This document shows positions 27,270-36,754 of a stretch of DNA of 64,000 nucleotides, piece after piece. The stretch's first letter is position 1. Each line of letters begins with the position of its first letter. The position numbers were made by a program, and so were the translations under genes. Where the stretch lies: the NCBI GenBank assembly GCA_963826115.1, contig CAWGVS010000005.1:1184001-1248000 (forward strand). The letters run 5' to 3'. The notes under the pieces are model-generated. The model saw only the letters and a list, made by a program, of their open reading frames with translations, made no database searches and was not told the origin of the DNA. This DNA is from an uncultured Candidatus Rokubacteria bacterium (GTDB lineage: Bacteria > Methylomirabilota > Methylomirabilia > Rokubacteriales > DASRDR01).

Positions 27270-28106
27270 GTGCCCGGCTTGGTGCGACGGTACCCGCTCG
27301 TGCTGGTCGGCGGCGGGATCATGCTCGCCGTCGTCCTGGCCAGCGCGTGCGCTCCGCTCCTGACCGCGTCGGACCCTGTTCGCCCGAGCTTCGGCCAGCG
27401 CCTGAAGGCCCCGTGGGGGCTCGGCGGCACGCCCATGCGGCCCCTCGGCGCCGACAACCTGGGCCGCGACATCTACGCCCGGCTCCTCTACGGCGGACGG
27501 ATCTCCCTGGTCCTCGCGACCAGCGCGGTGCTCCTGGCGACCGCCGTCGGTGTGCTCGTCGGCCTCCTGGCCGGGTACCTCGGGGGGTGGCTCGACGACC
27601 TCGTGATGCGGGTCGCCGACATCCAGCTCACGTTCCCGGTGATCATGCTGGCCATCGCGATCGTCGCCGTCGTCGGGACGAGCCCGATCGCCCTCGTCGG
27701 GGTCCTCGCCCTCTCCGGCTGGGTCCTGCACGCGCGGACCGTGCGCGCCAACGTGCTGAGCCTCCGCCACCTCGAGTACGTGGACGCGGCCCGCGCCCTC
27801 GGCGCGAGCCACAGGCGCATTGTGCTCCGCCACGTCCTCCCCAACACGCTGGCGCCGATCCTCGTCATCGTGTCGAGCCAGTTCGCCACGATGGTGCTGC
27901 TCGAGTCGGGCCTGTCGTTCCTGGGCATGGGCGTCCAGCCGCCGAACCCGTCCTGGGGCGGCATGCTCGCCGAGGGTCGCGACTACCTCTCCAACGCTTG
28001 GTGGCTCGCCACGATGCCGGGGCTCGCGATCTCCATGGTCGTCCTGGGCGCGAACCTCCTGGGCGACGGCCTCCGAGACTTCCTCGACCCCCACCTCCGC
28101 ACGTGA
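27270..28106 (+). CDS. ABC permease (DppC)
   Basis: LGADNLGRD, EYVDAARALGAS, LGDGLRDFLDP. Confidence 0.92.
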   Translation: MPGLVRRYPLVLVGGGIMLAVVLASACAPLLTASDPVRPSFGQRLKAPWGLGGTPMRPLGADNLGRDIYARLLYGGRISLVLATSAVLLATAVGVLVGLLAGYLGGWLDDLVMRVADIQLTFPVIMLAIAIVAVVGTSPIALVGVLALSGWVLHARTVRANVLSLRHLEYVDAARALGASHRRIVLRHVLPNTLAPILVIVSSQFATMVLLESGLSFLGMGVQPPNPSWGGMLAEGRDYLSNAWWLATMPGLAISMVVLGANLLGDGLRDFLDPHLRT

Positions 28107-28122
28107 GCCGCGACTGACTCCC

Positions 28123-30507
28123 GTGTCCGCGAAGGGGTCCTTCTCCCAGCGCGCGTACGGGGCCCTCCTGCTGGCGCTCGGTCTCGTCGCCATCGTCGCG
28201 CCGCTCGGCGCGGGCAGCTGGGCGACCTCCCTTCTCGGGATCGTGGCGATGGTCGCGGGGTCCGCCTCCCTGGTGCGGAGTCTCCGCACGCGGTCCGGCG
28301 CCGCGACGTGGACGACCTATCTGACGGGCGTGCTGCTGATCCTCGGCGGGGTGGTGCTGTTCGCCCAGCCGGTTCTCGTCGTCAGCGGGCTCGTGACCCT
28401 CGTCGCCCTCCTCGTGGGTGCGGACGGGATCACCCGGGTCCTGGGGGCGATCAAGGACCAGACGGGCCAGGCGCGCGTGTGGACCGGGCTCAACGGGATC
28501 GTCAACCTGGGCATCGCGCTTCTGCTCTGGCGGGGCAACGCCTCCGCCAGCGCCGCGGTCCTCGGGCTGGGCCTCGGCGTCTACATGCTGTCGATCGGCT
28601 GGACCGCGCTCCTGGCGCCCGGGGAAGGCGCGGAGGACGTCGACCTCGCCCAGGCCACCAACGAGCATCCCGACTGGCGGCTCGCCCTCCCCGCCGACCC
28701 GGAGTTCGGCCGCCTCCGGGCCGCCGCCATCGAGCAGGAGCGGGTCGCTCTTCCCGTCAACACGTTCTGGATCGTCACGCTGATCGTGGTGTTCTTCGCG
28801 ATCCATGCCGGACGTCTGCAGGCGACCTGGACGTGGCTGGGCCTCATCTCGCCGCTGGTCGCCGTCATCGGGGACCTCTTCTCGGCGCTCCTGGCCGCGG
28901 TGCTGCTGCTCCCGCTCTGGCTCGGCTGGCGGCGGCTGACGCGACCTATCGAGCGGCGCGCGTGGGAGCGGCGGCTGGCGGGTCACGCGGAGGGCGACAC
29001 GCTCGGGTTCGCCGAGCGGGCGGTGAACCACTGGATCGAGGGCCGGCTCCGATGGAGCGTCCGGCTCCGGCTGGCGCGCGGGTCTCTCCGCACGAGCCTC
29101 CAGCAGTGGATGCGGGCGGGGCTGCCGATCGTGGCGGTCATCGTCGCGATCAACCCGATCTGGGGCTTCAGCTGGTACTTCAACACGGAGAACTGGGCCA
29201 GCGGCTTCTGGCAGAAGGCGACCGAGGAGCGCACCGACGCATGGCGCCAGGCCATGATCGCGGCCGTCGAGCGTGCGGTCGAGCCGACCGGGATCGCGCG
29301 CGAGTCGCTGTTCGCGGTGCGGCCCGACGGCGTCGGTGACGCAACCGACTTCAGCTTCCTCGTCCTGGGCGACACCGGCGAGGGCGACCCGTCGCAGGCG
29401 TCCCTCCGCGATCGCTACCTGGACCTCGGCCGCCGGAGCGACGTCCGCTTCCTGGTGATCTCCTCGGACGTCATCTATCCGGACGGCGCCATACGGGACT
29501 ACGAGTTCAACTTCTACCTGCCGTTCAAGGGCTTCGAGAAGCCGATCTACGCGATTCCCGGCAACCACGACTGGTTCAGCGCCCTCGACGGGTTCGCGGC
29601 CAACCTCATGGAGCCGGTGGCCGCACGGGCGGCCATGAACGCGCGCGAGGCGCTCACGGCGCTGGTGGCCACCCCGAACCGGGCCGGGGTGGACAGCGCG
29701 GTGGCCGAGGCGGCCCGGCTGCGGAAGGAGTACGGCGTCCGGACCGCGGAGCAGCGGGCCCCGTTCTTCGAGATCCACGGGCGCGAGTTCTCCCTGATCG
29801 CGGCCGACACCGGCATCCTCCGTCGTCTCGACCCCGTCCAGGCCGGCTGGTTCGAGTCCGCCCTGGAGCGGGCGCGAGGGCGCTTCACCATGGTGATCCT
29901 GGGCCATCCCTTGTTCGCCGGCGGCGCCTATCAGGGCACGGACGACGCGTTCCTCGCCATCCACCAGACCCTCCGGCGGCACCGGGTGCCGCTCGTGATG
30001 GCCGGCGACACCCACGACTTCGAGTACTACCACGAGCGCTACGACAGCCCCGAGGGTCCCCGGACGATGCACCACTTCGTCAACGGCGGCGGGGGCGCGT
30101 ACCTCAGCATCGGCACCGCCCTCGACTGGCCCGCGACCGCGCCGGTCCCGGACTGGGCGTACTACCCGTCCACCGCCGCCGTCCGCGACAAGCTCGACGC
30201 CGAGACCGGCTCCTGGAAGTGGCCCGTGTGGTGGTGGATCAAGCGATTCGGCGCCTGGCCGGCGTCGGTCGAGGCGCTGTCGGGCATGTTCGACTTCAAC
30301 CGGGCGCCCTTCTTCCAGAGCTTCGTCGAGGTCCGCGTCGAGGGCACGGCCCGCCGCGTGCGCCTGATCCTCCACGGAGTGCGGGGCCCGCTCCGCTGGC
30401 GCGACCTCCAGTCGAGCGGCACCGTGGCTCCGGCCGGGGCGAGCCCGGACGACCCGGCCGAGTGGGTGTCTCCCGATGGCGCCACCCTGAGCGGCGCCGG
30501 AGAATGA
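28123..30507 (+). CDS. HdeD/DUF308-like membrane domain fused to a calcineurin-like metallophosphoesterase
   Basis: N-terminal TM hairpins of HdeD type; C-terminal GDTG, SSDVIYPDG, GNHDW, GHP, GDTHD, NGGGG. Confidence 0.8.
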   Translation: MSAKGSFSQRAYGALLLALGLVAIVAPLGAGSWATSLLGIVAMVAGSASLVRSLRTRSGAATWTTYLTGVLLILGGVVLFAQPVLVVSGLVTLVALLVGADGITRVLGAIKDQTGQARVWTGLNGIVNLGIALLLWRGNASASAAVLGLGLGVYMLSIGWTALLAPGEGAEDVDLAQATNEHPDWRLALPADPEFGRLRAAAIEQERVALPVNTFWIVTLIVVFFAIHAGRLQATWTWLGLISPLVAVIGDLFSALLAAVLLLPLWLGWRRLTRPIERRAWERRLAGHAEGDTLGFAERAVNHWIEGRLRWSVRLRLARGSLRTSLQQWMRAGLPIVAVIVAINPIWGFSWYFNTENWASGFWQKATEERTDAWRQAMIAAVERAVEPTGIARESLFAVRPDGVGDATDFSFLVLGDTGEGDPSQASLRDRYLDLGRRSDVRFLVISSDVIYPDGAIRDYEFNFYLPFKGFEKPIYAIPGNHDWFSALDGFAANLMEPVAARAAMNAREALTALVATPNRAGVDSAVAEAARLRKEYGVRTAEQRAPFFEIHGREFSLIAADTGILRRLDPVQAGWFESALERARGRFTMVILGHPLFAGGAYQGTDDAFLAIHQTLRRHRVPLVMAGDTHDFEYYHERYDSPEGPRTMHHFVNGGGGAYLSIGTALDWPATAPVPDWAYYPSTAAVRDKLDAETGSWKWPVWWWIKRFGAWPASVEALSGMFDFNRAPFFQSFVEVRVEGTARRVRLILHGVRGPLRWRDLQSSGTVAPAGASPDDPAEWVSPDGATLSGAGE

Positions 30508-30625
30508 CGCCGCGACCTGCCCTCGGTGACTTCCTCCGCTCTCGCGATTGGGCGACGCTCGACCGGGTCGCCCGGGCTATCATGAGATCGTCCGCCGCGA
30601 GGGGCGGGCCGTCGCCAGAGGACCC

Positions 30626-31980
30626 GTGCGCACCCTCAAGATCCTGACCATCGTGCTCGTCGGAGCGGCCGCCCTCCTGGCCGTCGGCCTCTTCGCGCTC
30701 GCGCGGTACCTCGAGTCCGACACCTTCCGGCGAGCCGCCATCGGCGCCGCCCAGGAGGCGCTCGGCGCGCCGGTCAGCGTCGGTGAGCTGCACGTCTCGA
30801 TCTTCTCCGGGGCCACGTTCGGGCAGGTCGTCGTGGGCAATCCGGGCGGAGTGCCCGGCGACCTGCTCCGCGCCGAGGGGCTGGCCGTCCGGCCGCGGCT
30901 CCTCCCGCTCCTCCGACGCCGCCTCGAGATCGCCGAGATGCGGCTCGACGCGCCGGCCGTCACGCTGGTGCGGAGCGAGCAGGGCGACTGGAGCTTCGAC
31001 CGCCTGGTGACGCGCCCCGCGGCCCCGGCCGGTCCCGGCGGCGCCGCGGCCAGCGTCGAGGCTCCGACGACGCCGGCTCCCGCCTCCTCCACTGCCCTCG
31101 ACGTGGTCGTGCCGCGTCTCGCCGTCGGCCGGGGCACGCTCGCGGTCACCCGCGAGCGCAGAGGATCGCTCGTTGCCGCCGACGGCATCGAGATCACCAC
31201 GTCCTTGTCGCGCGTCGCGGGGGCGCTTGCCGGCGAGGGTCAGCTCGCCGTCGCGTCACTCCGGGTGGGCGAGCGCGTCGAAGTCCGGTCCCTCACCGCC
31301 CCGCTGAAGTTCGCGGGCGGCGACGTCACGCTCGTCTCGATCCGCGGGCAGCTCGCGGACGGCGCGCTCGAGGGCCAGGCGACCGTGAGCTTGACCGGCC
31401 CGACGCGCTACACGGTCTCGCTCACACTCCGCGACGGCCGCGCGGAAGCGCTCATGACCACGCTCGGCGGACGCAGCGGCTGAGCGGCCGGCTCCAGGGC
31501 GAGGCGACCCTCGCCGGCACGGGCGAGGGCCTGTCCGGGCGGGGGCACGCCGAGATCCGGGACGGCCAGCTCCACGACTTTCCCGTGCTGGGCGCCGTGG
31601 CCGCCGCGCTCGATCTCCCGTTGCTTCGCGATCAGCGGTTCCAGGAAGGCGCCATCGACTTCACGCTCGCGGGCGACGTGCTCGGGACGCCCTCGGTCCG
31701 CTTCGTGTCGGGCGACGTCCGGATCCTCGGCAAGGGGGAGATCTCGCTCCGCACGGGCGAGCTGGCTCACGAGCTCACGCTGCTCGTCCCGCCCGCCGTC
31801 CTTCGGCGCGCCCCGCGCGAGATGCGCACCGCCTTCACCGAGCGCGCCGAGGGCCTGATGGGCGTGGACTTCCGGGTCTGGGGCCCCTACCGGTCTCCGC
31901 GCACGGACCTCCAGGACCGCGTGCTCCGCGGGTTCGCGGAGTCGCTCCTGAAGAAGGGGCTGAAGCAGTTCCTGCGATAG
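30626..31980 (+). pseudogene. AsmA-family envelope protein, frameshifted near 31475-31483
   Basis: N-terminal TM anchor and LRLDAPAVTLVRSEQGDWSF. After the TGA at 31483, the frame starting at 31480 continues LSGRLQGEATLAG...GEISL...P to 31980. Confidence 0.75.
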
Positions 31981-32001
31981 CGCGGCGCGGCGGCCGGGCG
32001 G

Positions 32002-32031
32002 TTGTCCCCGCCCCGAGCCCTCGGCTATAGT
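32002..32031 (+). promoter_or_regulatory. Putative sigma70 promoter of the MFS gene (near-leaderless)
   Basis: TTGTCC-N18-TATAGT, 10 nt before ATG, no SD. Confidence 0.45.
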
Positions 32032-32041
32032 GGCCCCGATC

Positions 32042-33302
32042 ATGGCGCGAGGGCGCGTCTTCTACGGGTGGTGGGTCACGATCGCCTTCGCCGTCATGGT
32101 GTTCCTCTCGACCGGCGTGCGGTTCGCCGTCGGGCCCTTCCTGAAGCCGATGGTCACCGACCTCGGGACCGACCGCGCCAGCTACTCCCTGGTCGTCGCG
32201 CTGAGCCTCCTCCTGTACGGCGTGTTCATGCCCTTCGTGGGCAGGCTGGTCGAGCGCTGGGGCGCGCGCCCCGTCGCGGTCACCGGCACCCTCGTTGTTC
32301 GCGATGTCCCTCGCCGCGACCGGCTTGGTGACGCACCTCTGGCAGCTGGCGGTCGTGTACGGCGTCCTCGTCGCGCTGGGGCTCTCGGCGACGGGCCACG
32401 TCGTGGGCTCGGCCGTCGTCTCGCGGTGGTTCATCCGCCGGCGCGCCACCGCGCTCTCCCTGCTCGGCGCGTCCTCGATGGCCGGGATGAGCCTGCTCGT
32501 TCCGGTGGCGATGTGGCTCATCCTCACGGTCGGCTGGCGCGCGACCTACGGCATCATCGGGCTCGGGTCGGCCCTTCTCCTCCTGCCGCTCGCGCTCTGG
32601 GTCGTGCGGGAGTCGCCCGAATCGATGGGACTCACGCCGGACGGCGCCGCCGCCGGGTCCAGCTCGCACGACCCCTCGGCGCCCGAGCGGACGGCCGTCA
32701 GCACCGCCGCGCGCACCCTGCCCTTCTGGCAGCTCTGCGGGGGCATGTACACCTGCGGTTTCTCGATGACGCTCCTGTCGGCGCACGGCGTGCCGATGCT
32801 CACCGACCACGGCTATCACCCGATGCTGGCGTCGAGCGCGGTCGGCGTCCTCGGCGCCTCCAGCTTCGCGGGGGCGATGGCGCTCGGCGTGATCGCCGAC
32901 CGCTACGGCCGGCGCCCGGTCCTCGCCTGGCTCTACGGGACGCGCGCCCTCCTCTTCGTCGGGATGTTCCTCGTCCACGACAGCCCCGGAGCGCTCCTGG
33001 TCATCGCGGCTCTCGGGGGCGCCAGCATGTCCGGCAGCCTCGCCATGACCTCCGCGCTGACTGCGGACATCTTCGGGCGATTCTCCGTGGGCTCGGTATT
33101 CGGCAGCATCTTCGTCGTCCACCAGGTCGGCGCGGCGCTCGGGTCGTGGCTCGGCGGGCTCCTGTTCGAGCTGACCGGAGGCTACGGCGCCGCCTTCGCC
33201 ATCGCCTGCGCGCAGCTCCTGGTGGCCGCGGTGGTGAGCCTCACCATCGACGAGGCGGCGCGCTGCGCTCCGAGGCTCCGGCCGCTGCCCGCGGAGCGAT
33301 AG
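32042..33302 (+). pseudogene. MFS transporter (OFA/MCT-like), +1 frameshift near 32295
   Basis: VFYGWWV...GRLVERWGAR in the first frame; SRWFIRRRATAL and ADRYGRR in the next. Deleting one T in CTCGTTGTTC restores LVFAMS. Confidence 0.8.
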
Positions 33303-33317
33303 AGAGGCGGCGGCGCC

Positions 33318-33611
33318 ATGGGGCTCGAGGTGATCGTCCCCCGGGTGTCCTCGGTGGGGCTGGCGACGCTCCTCGACCGGCTGACCGCCGCCGGCCTACC
33401 GAGCGCCGTCGCCATGGTCGACAACGTGCTCCAGGGGCCGGGCGCGTCGCCGCCCGGGACCTGGCGGGACGCTCGGCTCCGGACGCCCGCCGGGGTGGTG
33501 ACGCTCCGCCGGGTCCCGAGCGGCGTGGCCGTCGTGATCTTCGGCAATGCGGACGACGCCCTCCGCGCCGCGCAGCGCACGATCGCCGAGACGCTCCTCA
33601 CCCTCCATTGA
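33318..33611 (+). CDS. Hypothetical protein (97 aa)
   Basis: GAGAGG RBS, genome-typical codon usage, fills the operon gap; MVD, W..RLRTP.G.VTLRR, FGNAD. Confidence 0.65.
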   Translation: MGLEVIVPRVSSVGLATLLDRLTAAGLPSAVAMVDNVLQGPGASPPGTWRDARLRTPAGVVTLRRVPSGVAVVIFGNADDALRAAQRTIAETLLTLH

Positions 33612-33648
33612 GCCCGCACGCGGCCCGCGGCGGCGCCGCCCGGCGGCC

Positions 33649-34833
33649 ATGAAGATCACCGACGTCGAGGTCTACGTCGTCGATCCCACCCAGGGCGCGT
33701 CGACCTACAACGACGAGCCCCAGAACGTCTGGACCTTCGTCCGCGTCGTCACCGACGCCGGCGTCCACGGCTGGGGCGAGTCGACCAATTTCCCCGCCAA
33801 CGGGAGCCTGATCATCGCCGACGCGATCCGCCACCTCCGGCCGTGGATCGTGGGCCAGGACCCGGACAACATCACCGCGATGTGGCACCGTCTCTTTCGC
33901 AAGGCCGCGTACCTCGGGCCGCGCGGTCTCCCCACCGCGGTGGTCAGTGGCATCGACATCGCCCTCTGGGACATCAAGGGCAAGGTCACCGGGCGGCCGA
34001 TCTACGACCTCCTGGGCGGCAAGGTTCGCGACGACGTGCCGCTCTACGCGAACGGCTGGTTCGCCGCGCTGGACGGCCACCCCGCCTGCGAGACGCCGGA
34101 GGACTACGCGGCCGCCGCCCGGCGCGTCGTGGCCCGCGGCCACACCGCCATCAAGCTCGACCCGTTCCACGAAATGATCCCCTACCACACGGCCTACCTC
34201 GGCGGCCAGATCTCCGCGGCCGGCGAGGCCTTCGGCGTGGCGTGCGTCGCCGCGACGCGCGCGGCCGTGGGCCCGGAAGTCGAGATCCTGATCGACGCCC
34301 ACGGCCACTACAACGTGCCCACGGCGGTGCGGATCGCCCGGCAGCTCGAGCCGTACCGCATCGGGTGGTTCGAGGAGCCCACCCCACCCGAGAGCCTGGA
34401 CGCGCTGCGAGCGGTGCGCGAGCAGGTCTCGGTGCCGATCTGCGTCGGCGAGCGCCTCTACACGCGCTGGGACTTCCAGCCCGTGCTGGCGGAGCGGCTC
34501 GCGGACTACCTCATGCCGGACGTCGTCTGGACCGGAGGCATCAGCGAGGTGATGCGGATCGCCGCGCTGGCCGAGACCTACCAGGTGCCGGTGACGCCAC
34601 ACAACGCGATGGGGCCCCTCCAGGTCGTCGCCGGCAGCCACGCCATGCTCGCGGTGCCGAACTTCTACCGGCTCGAGCACAACGTGGCCAACGTGCCCTG
34701 GTACGATCGCTGCCTCGACCGGCGACTGGACCTCCGCGGCGACCGCCTCCACCTCTCGGCCCGGCCCGGACTCGGCGTCGAGCTCGATCCCGACTTCCTG
34801 CGGGGCCATCGCGCCCGCGGCTTCACGGGCTAG
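33649..34833 (+). CDS. Mandelate racemase/muconate lactonizing enzyme family (galactonate dehydratase-like)
   Basis: SGIDIALWDIKGK, KLD, IDAHG, FEEP, GER, PHN, PGLGVE. Confidence 0.9.
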   Translation: MKITDVEVYVVDPTQGASTYNDEPQNVWTFVRVVTDAGVHGWGESTNFPANGSLIIADAIRHLRPWIVGQDPDNITAMWHRLFRKAAYLGPRGLPTAVVSGIDIALWDIKGKVTGRPIYDLLGGKVRDDVPLYANGWFAALDGHPACETPEDYAAAARRVVARGHTAIKLDPFHEMIPYHTAYLGGQISAAGEAFGVACVAATRAAVGPEVEILIDAHGHYNVPTAVRIARQLEPYRIGWFEEPTPPESLDALRAVREQVSVPICVGERLYTRWDFQPVLAERLADYLMPDVVWTGGISEVMRIAALAETYQVPVTPHNAMGPLQVVAGSHAMLAVPNFYRLEHNVANVPWYDRCLDRRLDLRGDRLHLSARPGLGVELDPDFLRGHRARGFTG

Positions 34834-34855
34834 CCTTCCGCCTCCGGCGCGCGAC

Positions 34856-35341
34856 GTGAGCTATCAGCCGAGCGACAAGATCGGCGCCCTGACCGACGCG
34901 GAGGCGAGCGCCTTCCTGGACCAGCCGTGGAACGCCCGCCTCTCCACCCTGGGCCCGGACGGCTGGCCCCACATTGCGCCGGTCTGGTACGAGTTCGAGC
35001 CGGAGAGCCGGACGTTCCTCGTGGTCGGACGCGAGCGCGCCGAGTGGGTCGAGCACGTCCGCGCGGATCCGCGCGTCGCCTTTCACGTGGCGGACGACGA
35101 GCACGCCGAGCACACGCGCGTCATGGTGCAGGGGCGCGCCACGATCGTCGAGGGACCGGTCGCGCCGTCGGCCAGCCCGCGCCTCGGCGCGCTCACGCGT
35201 CGCCTGTCGCTCCGCTACCTCGGCCCCGACGGGCCGATCTACGCCGAGCGGACGATCCACCGCCCGCGCGTCCTGGTGACGATCCGCCCGGAGAGCTGGC
35301 GCACCTGGACCGGGAAGGAATGGCACCCGCGCTATCGATAA
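34856..35341 (+). CDS. Pyridoxamine 5'-phosphate oxidase-like (PPOX class, probably F420- or flavin-binding)
   Basis: ARLSTLGPDGWPHIAPVWY, DPRVAF, VMVQGRA, YLG, I.P....W. Confidence 0.8.
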   Translation: MSYQPSDKIGALTDAEASAFLDQPWNARLSTLGPDGWPHIAPVWYEFEPESRTFLVVGRERAEWVEHVRADPRVAFHVADDEHAEHTRVMVQGRATIVEGPVAPSASPRLGALTRRLSLRYLGPDGPIYAERTIHRPRVLVTIRPESWRTWTGKEWHPRYR

Positions 35342-35411
35342 CGGTCTCGGCCGAGAGTCAAGCACACCCCGGCGACGCAGGACCGTGGCGCGCGGAAGGA
35401 GGAGGGCGACC

Positions 35412-36485
35412 ATGAGGCTCATCGAGGCACCGATCCGGCGAGCGTGGATCCTGGCCGTTCTGCTGTGGGCCATTCCCGGCCACGCGGCCGACTATCCGGC
35501 CCCGGCGGAGGGCACGTGGGTGGTGCGGGACTTCCGGTTTCACACCGGAGAAGTCCTGCCCGAGCTGCGCCTCCACTACACGACGGTAGGCGCTCCGACG
35601 GGCGAGCCGGTGCTGATCCTCCACGGCACGACCCAGTCGGGCGCGGCCATGCTCACGCCGGCCTTCGCGGGCGAGCTCTTCGGCCCCGGGCAGCCCCTCG
35701 ACGCCAGCCGCTACTTCGTCATCCTCCCGGACGCCATCGGCACCGGAAAGTCCTCCAAGCCGTCCGACGGCCTCCGCGCGAGCTTCCCCAAGTACAACTA
35801 CGACGACATGGTCGAGGCGCAGTACCGTCTCGTGAAGGAGCATCTCGGCATCTCGCACCTCCGGATGGTCCTGGGCAACTCGATGGGCGGCATGCACACC
35901 TGGATCTGGGCCCAGAAGTACCCCAACTTCGTGGACGTGGCGGTCCCGATGGCTTCCCTGCCCGCCGTGATGTCCGGCCGCAACTGGATGACGCGGCGCA
36001 TGATCATCGACACGATCCGCAACGATCCGGAGTGGATGAACGGGAATTACACACAGCAGCCCCGGAGCCTCCAGGCGGTGCTGGTCTTCTACGGGATCGC
36101 GACCAGCGGGGGCAACCTGGGGCTCTACCAGGCCGCCCCGACCCGTGAGAAGGCCGACCAGCTGCTGAACCAGCGCCTGACCGCGCCGTTCCGGGGCGAC
36201 GCCAACGACCAGCTGTATCAGTGGGACGCGTCGCGCGACTACGATCCCTCGCCGGGCCTGGACCGCATCCAGGCGACGCTGCTGGCGATCAACTCGGCGG
36301 ACGACGAGCGCAACCCGCCGGAGCTGGGCCTGCTCGACCGCGAGATCAAGCGCGTGAAGAACGGCCGCGTCCTGCTCATTCCCGCGAGCGACCAGACGGT
36401 CGGCCATGCGACCACGGCCCAGGCGCGGTTCTGGAAGCACGAGCTCGCCGAGCTCTTGAGGAGCGCGCCCCGCATGTCGAAGTAG
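35412..36485 (+). CDS. Exported homoserine O-acetyltransferase-like alpha/beta hydrolase
   Basis: Signal peptide; DFRFHTGEVLPELRLHYTTVG, GNSMGG, DAND, NSADDERNP, GH. Confidence 0.88.
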   Translation: MRLIEAPIRRAWILAVLLWAIPGHAADYPAPAEGTWVVRDFRFHTGEVLPELRLHYTTVGAPTGEPVLILHGTTQSGAAMLTPAFAGELFGPGQPLDASRYFVILPDAIGTGKSSKPSDGLRASFPKYNYDDMVEAQYRLVKEHLGISHLRMVLGNSMGGMHTWIWAQKYPNFVDVAVPMASLPAVMSGRNWMTRRMIIDTIRNDPEWMNGNYTQQPRSLQAVLVFYGIATSGGNLGLYQAAPTREKADQLLNQRLTAPFRGDANDQLYQWDASRDYDPSPGLDRIQATLLAINSADDERNPPELGLLDREIKRVKNGRVLLIPASDQTVGHATTAQARFWKHELAELLRSAPRMSK

Positions 36486-36614
36486 CCGCCACAGCACGGG
36501 CCAGGGCGTCCAGCGCCCCGAGCCGTCGCCTCGGAGACGCTCGCCTTCACGACCGTTCCCTAGGCGAGCGCTCTAGCCAGCCTGCCCGGTCCGCGAGCGC
36601 GTCGGATCGGGAGG

Positions 36615-36736
36615 ATCCCCTCGCCACCGCAGCCCGTCTCTACAAGAGCGCGGGATCTCGACGGACCGAGGGGCGGCCCCGGACGTCGCTCCGGGGGAGC
36701 AGGCTCGCCGAGGAGCGCGATGACCTCACGCGCTGA
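36615..36736 (+). pseudogene. Possible relic of a GNAT acetyltransferase C-terminus
   Basis: LATAARLYKSAGSRRTE...EERDDLTR* resembles the GNAT motif A..LY...GF; no start codon or N-terminal part. Confidence 0.3.
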
Positions 36737-36754
36737 GCCGGCGGCCGCGGCCCG

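Noticed and set aside
30504-30647. Small ORF MTPRPALGDFLRSRDWATLDRVARAIMRSS
   Set aside because: No motif; it overlaps the asmA start and a likely TATCAT -10 element, so it is probably promoter DNA.
31481-31483. TGA in asmA as selenocysteine or readthrough
   Set aside because: The homologous sequence continues in a different frame, so it is a frameshift rather than an in-frame stop.
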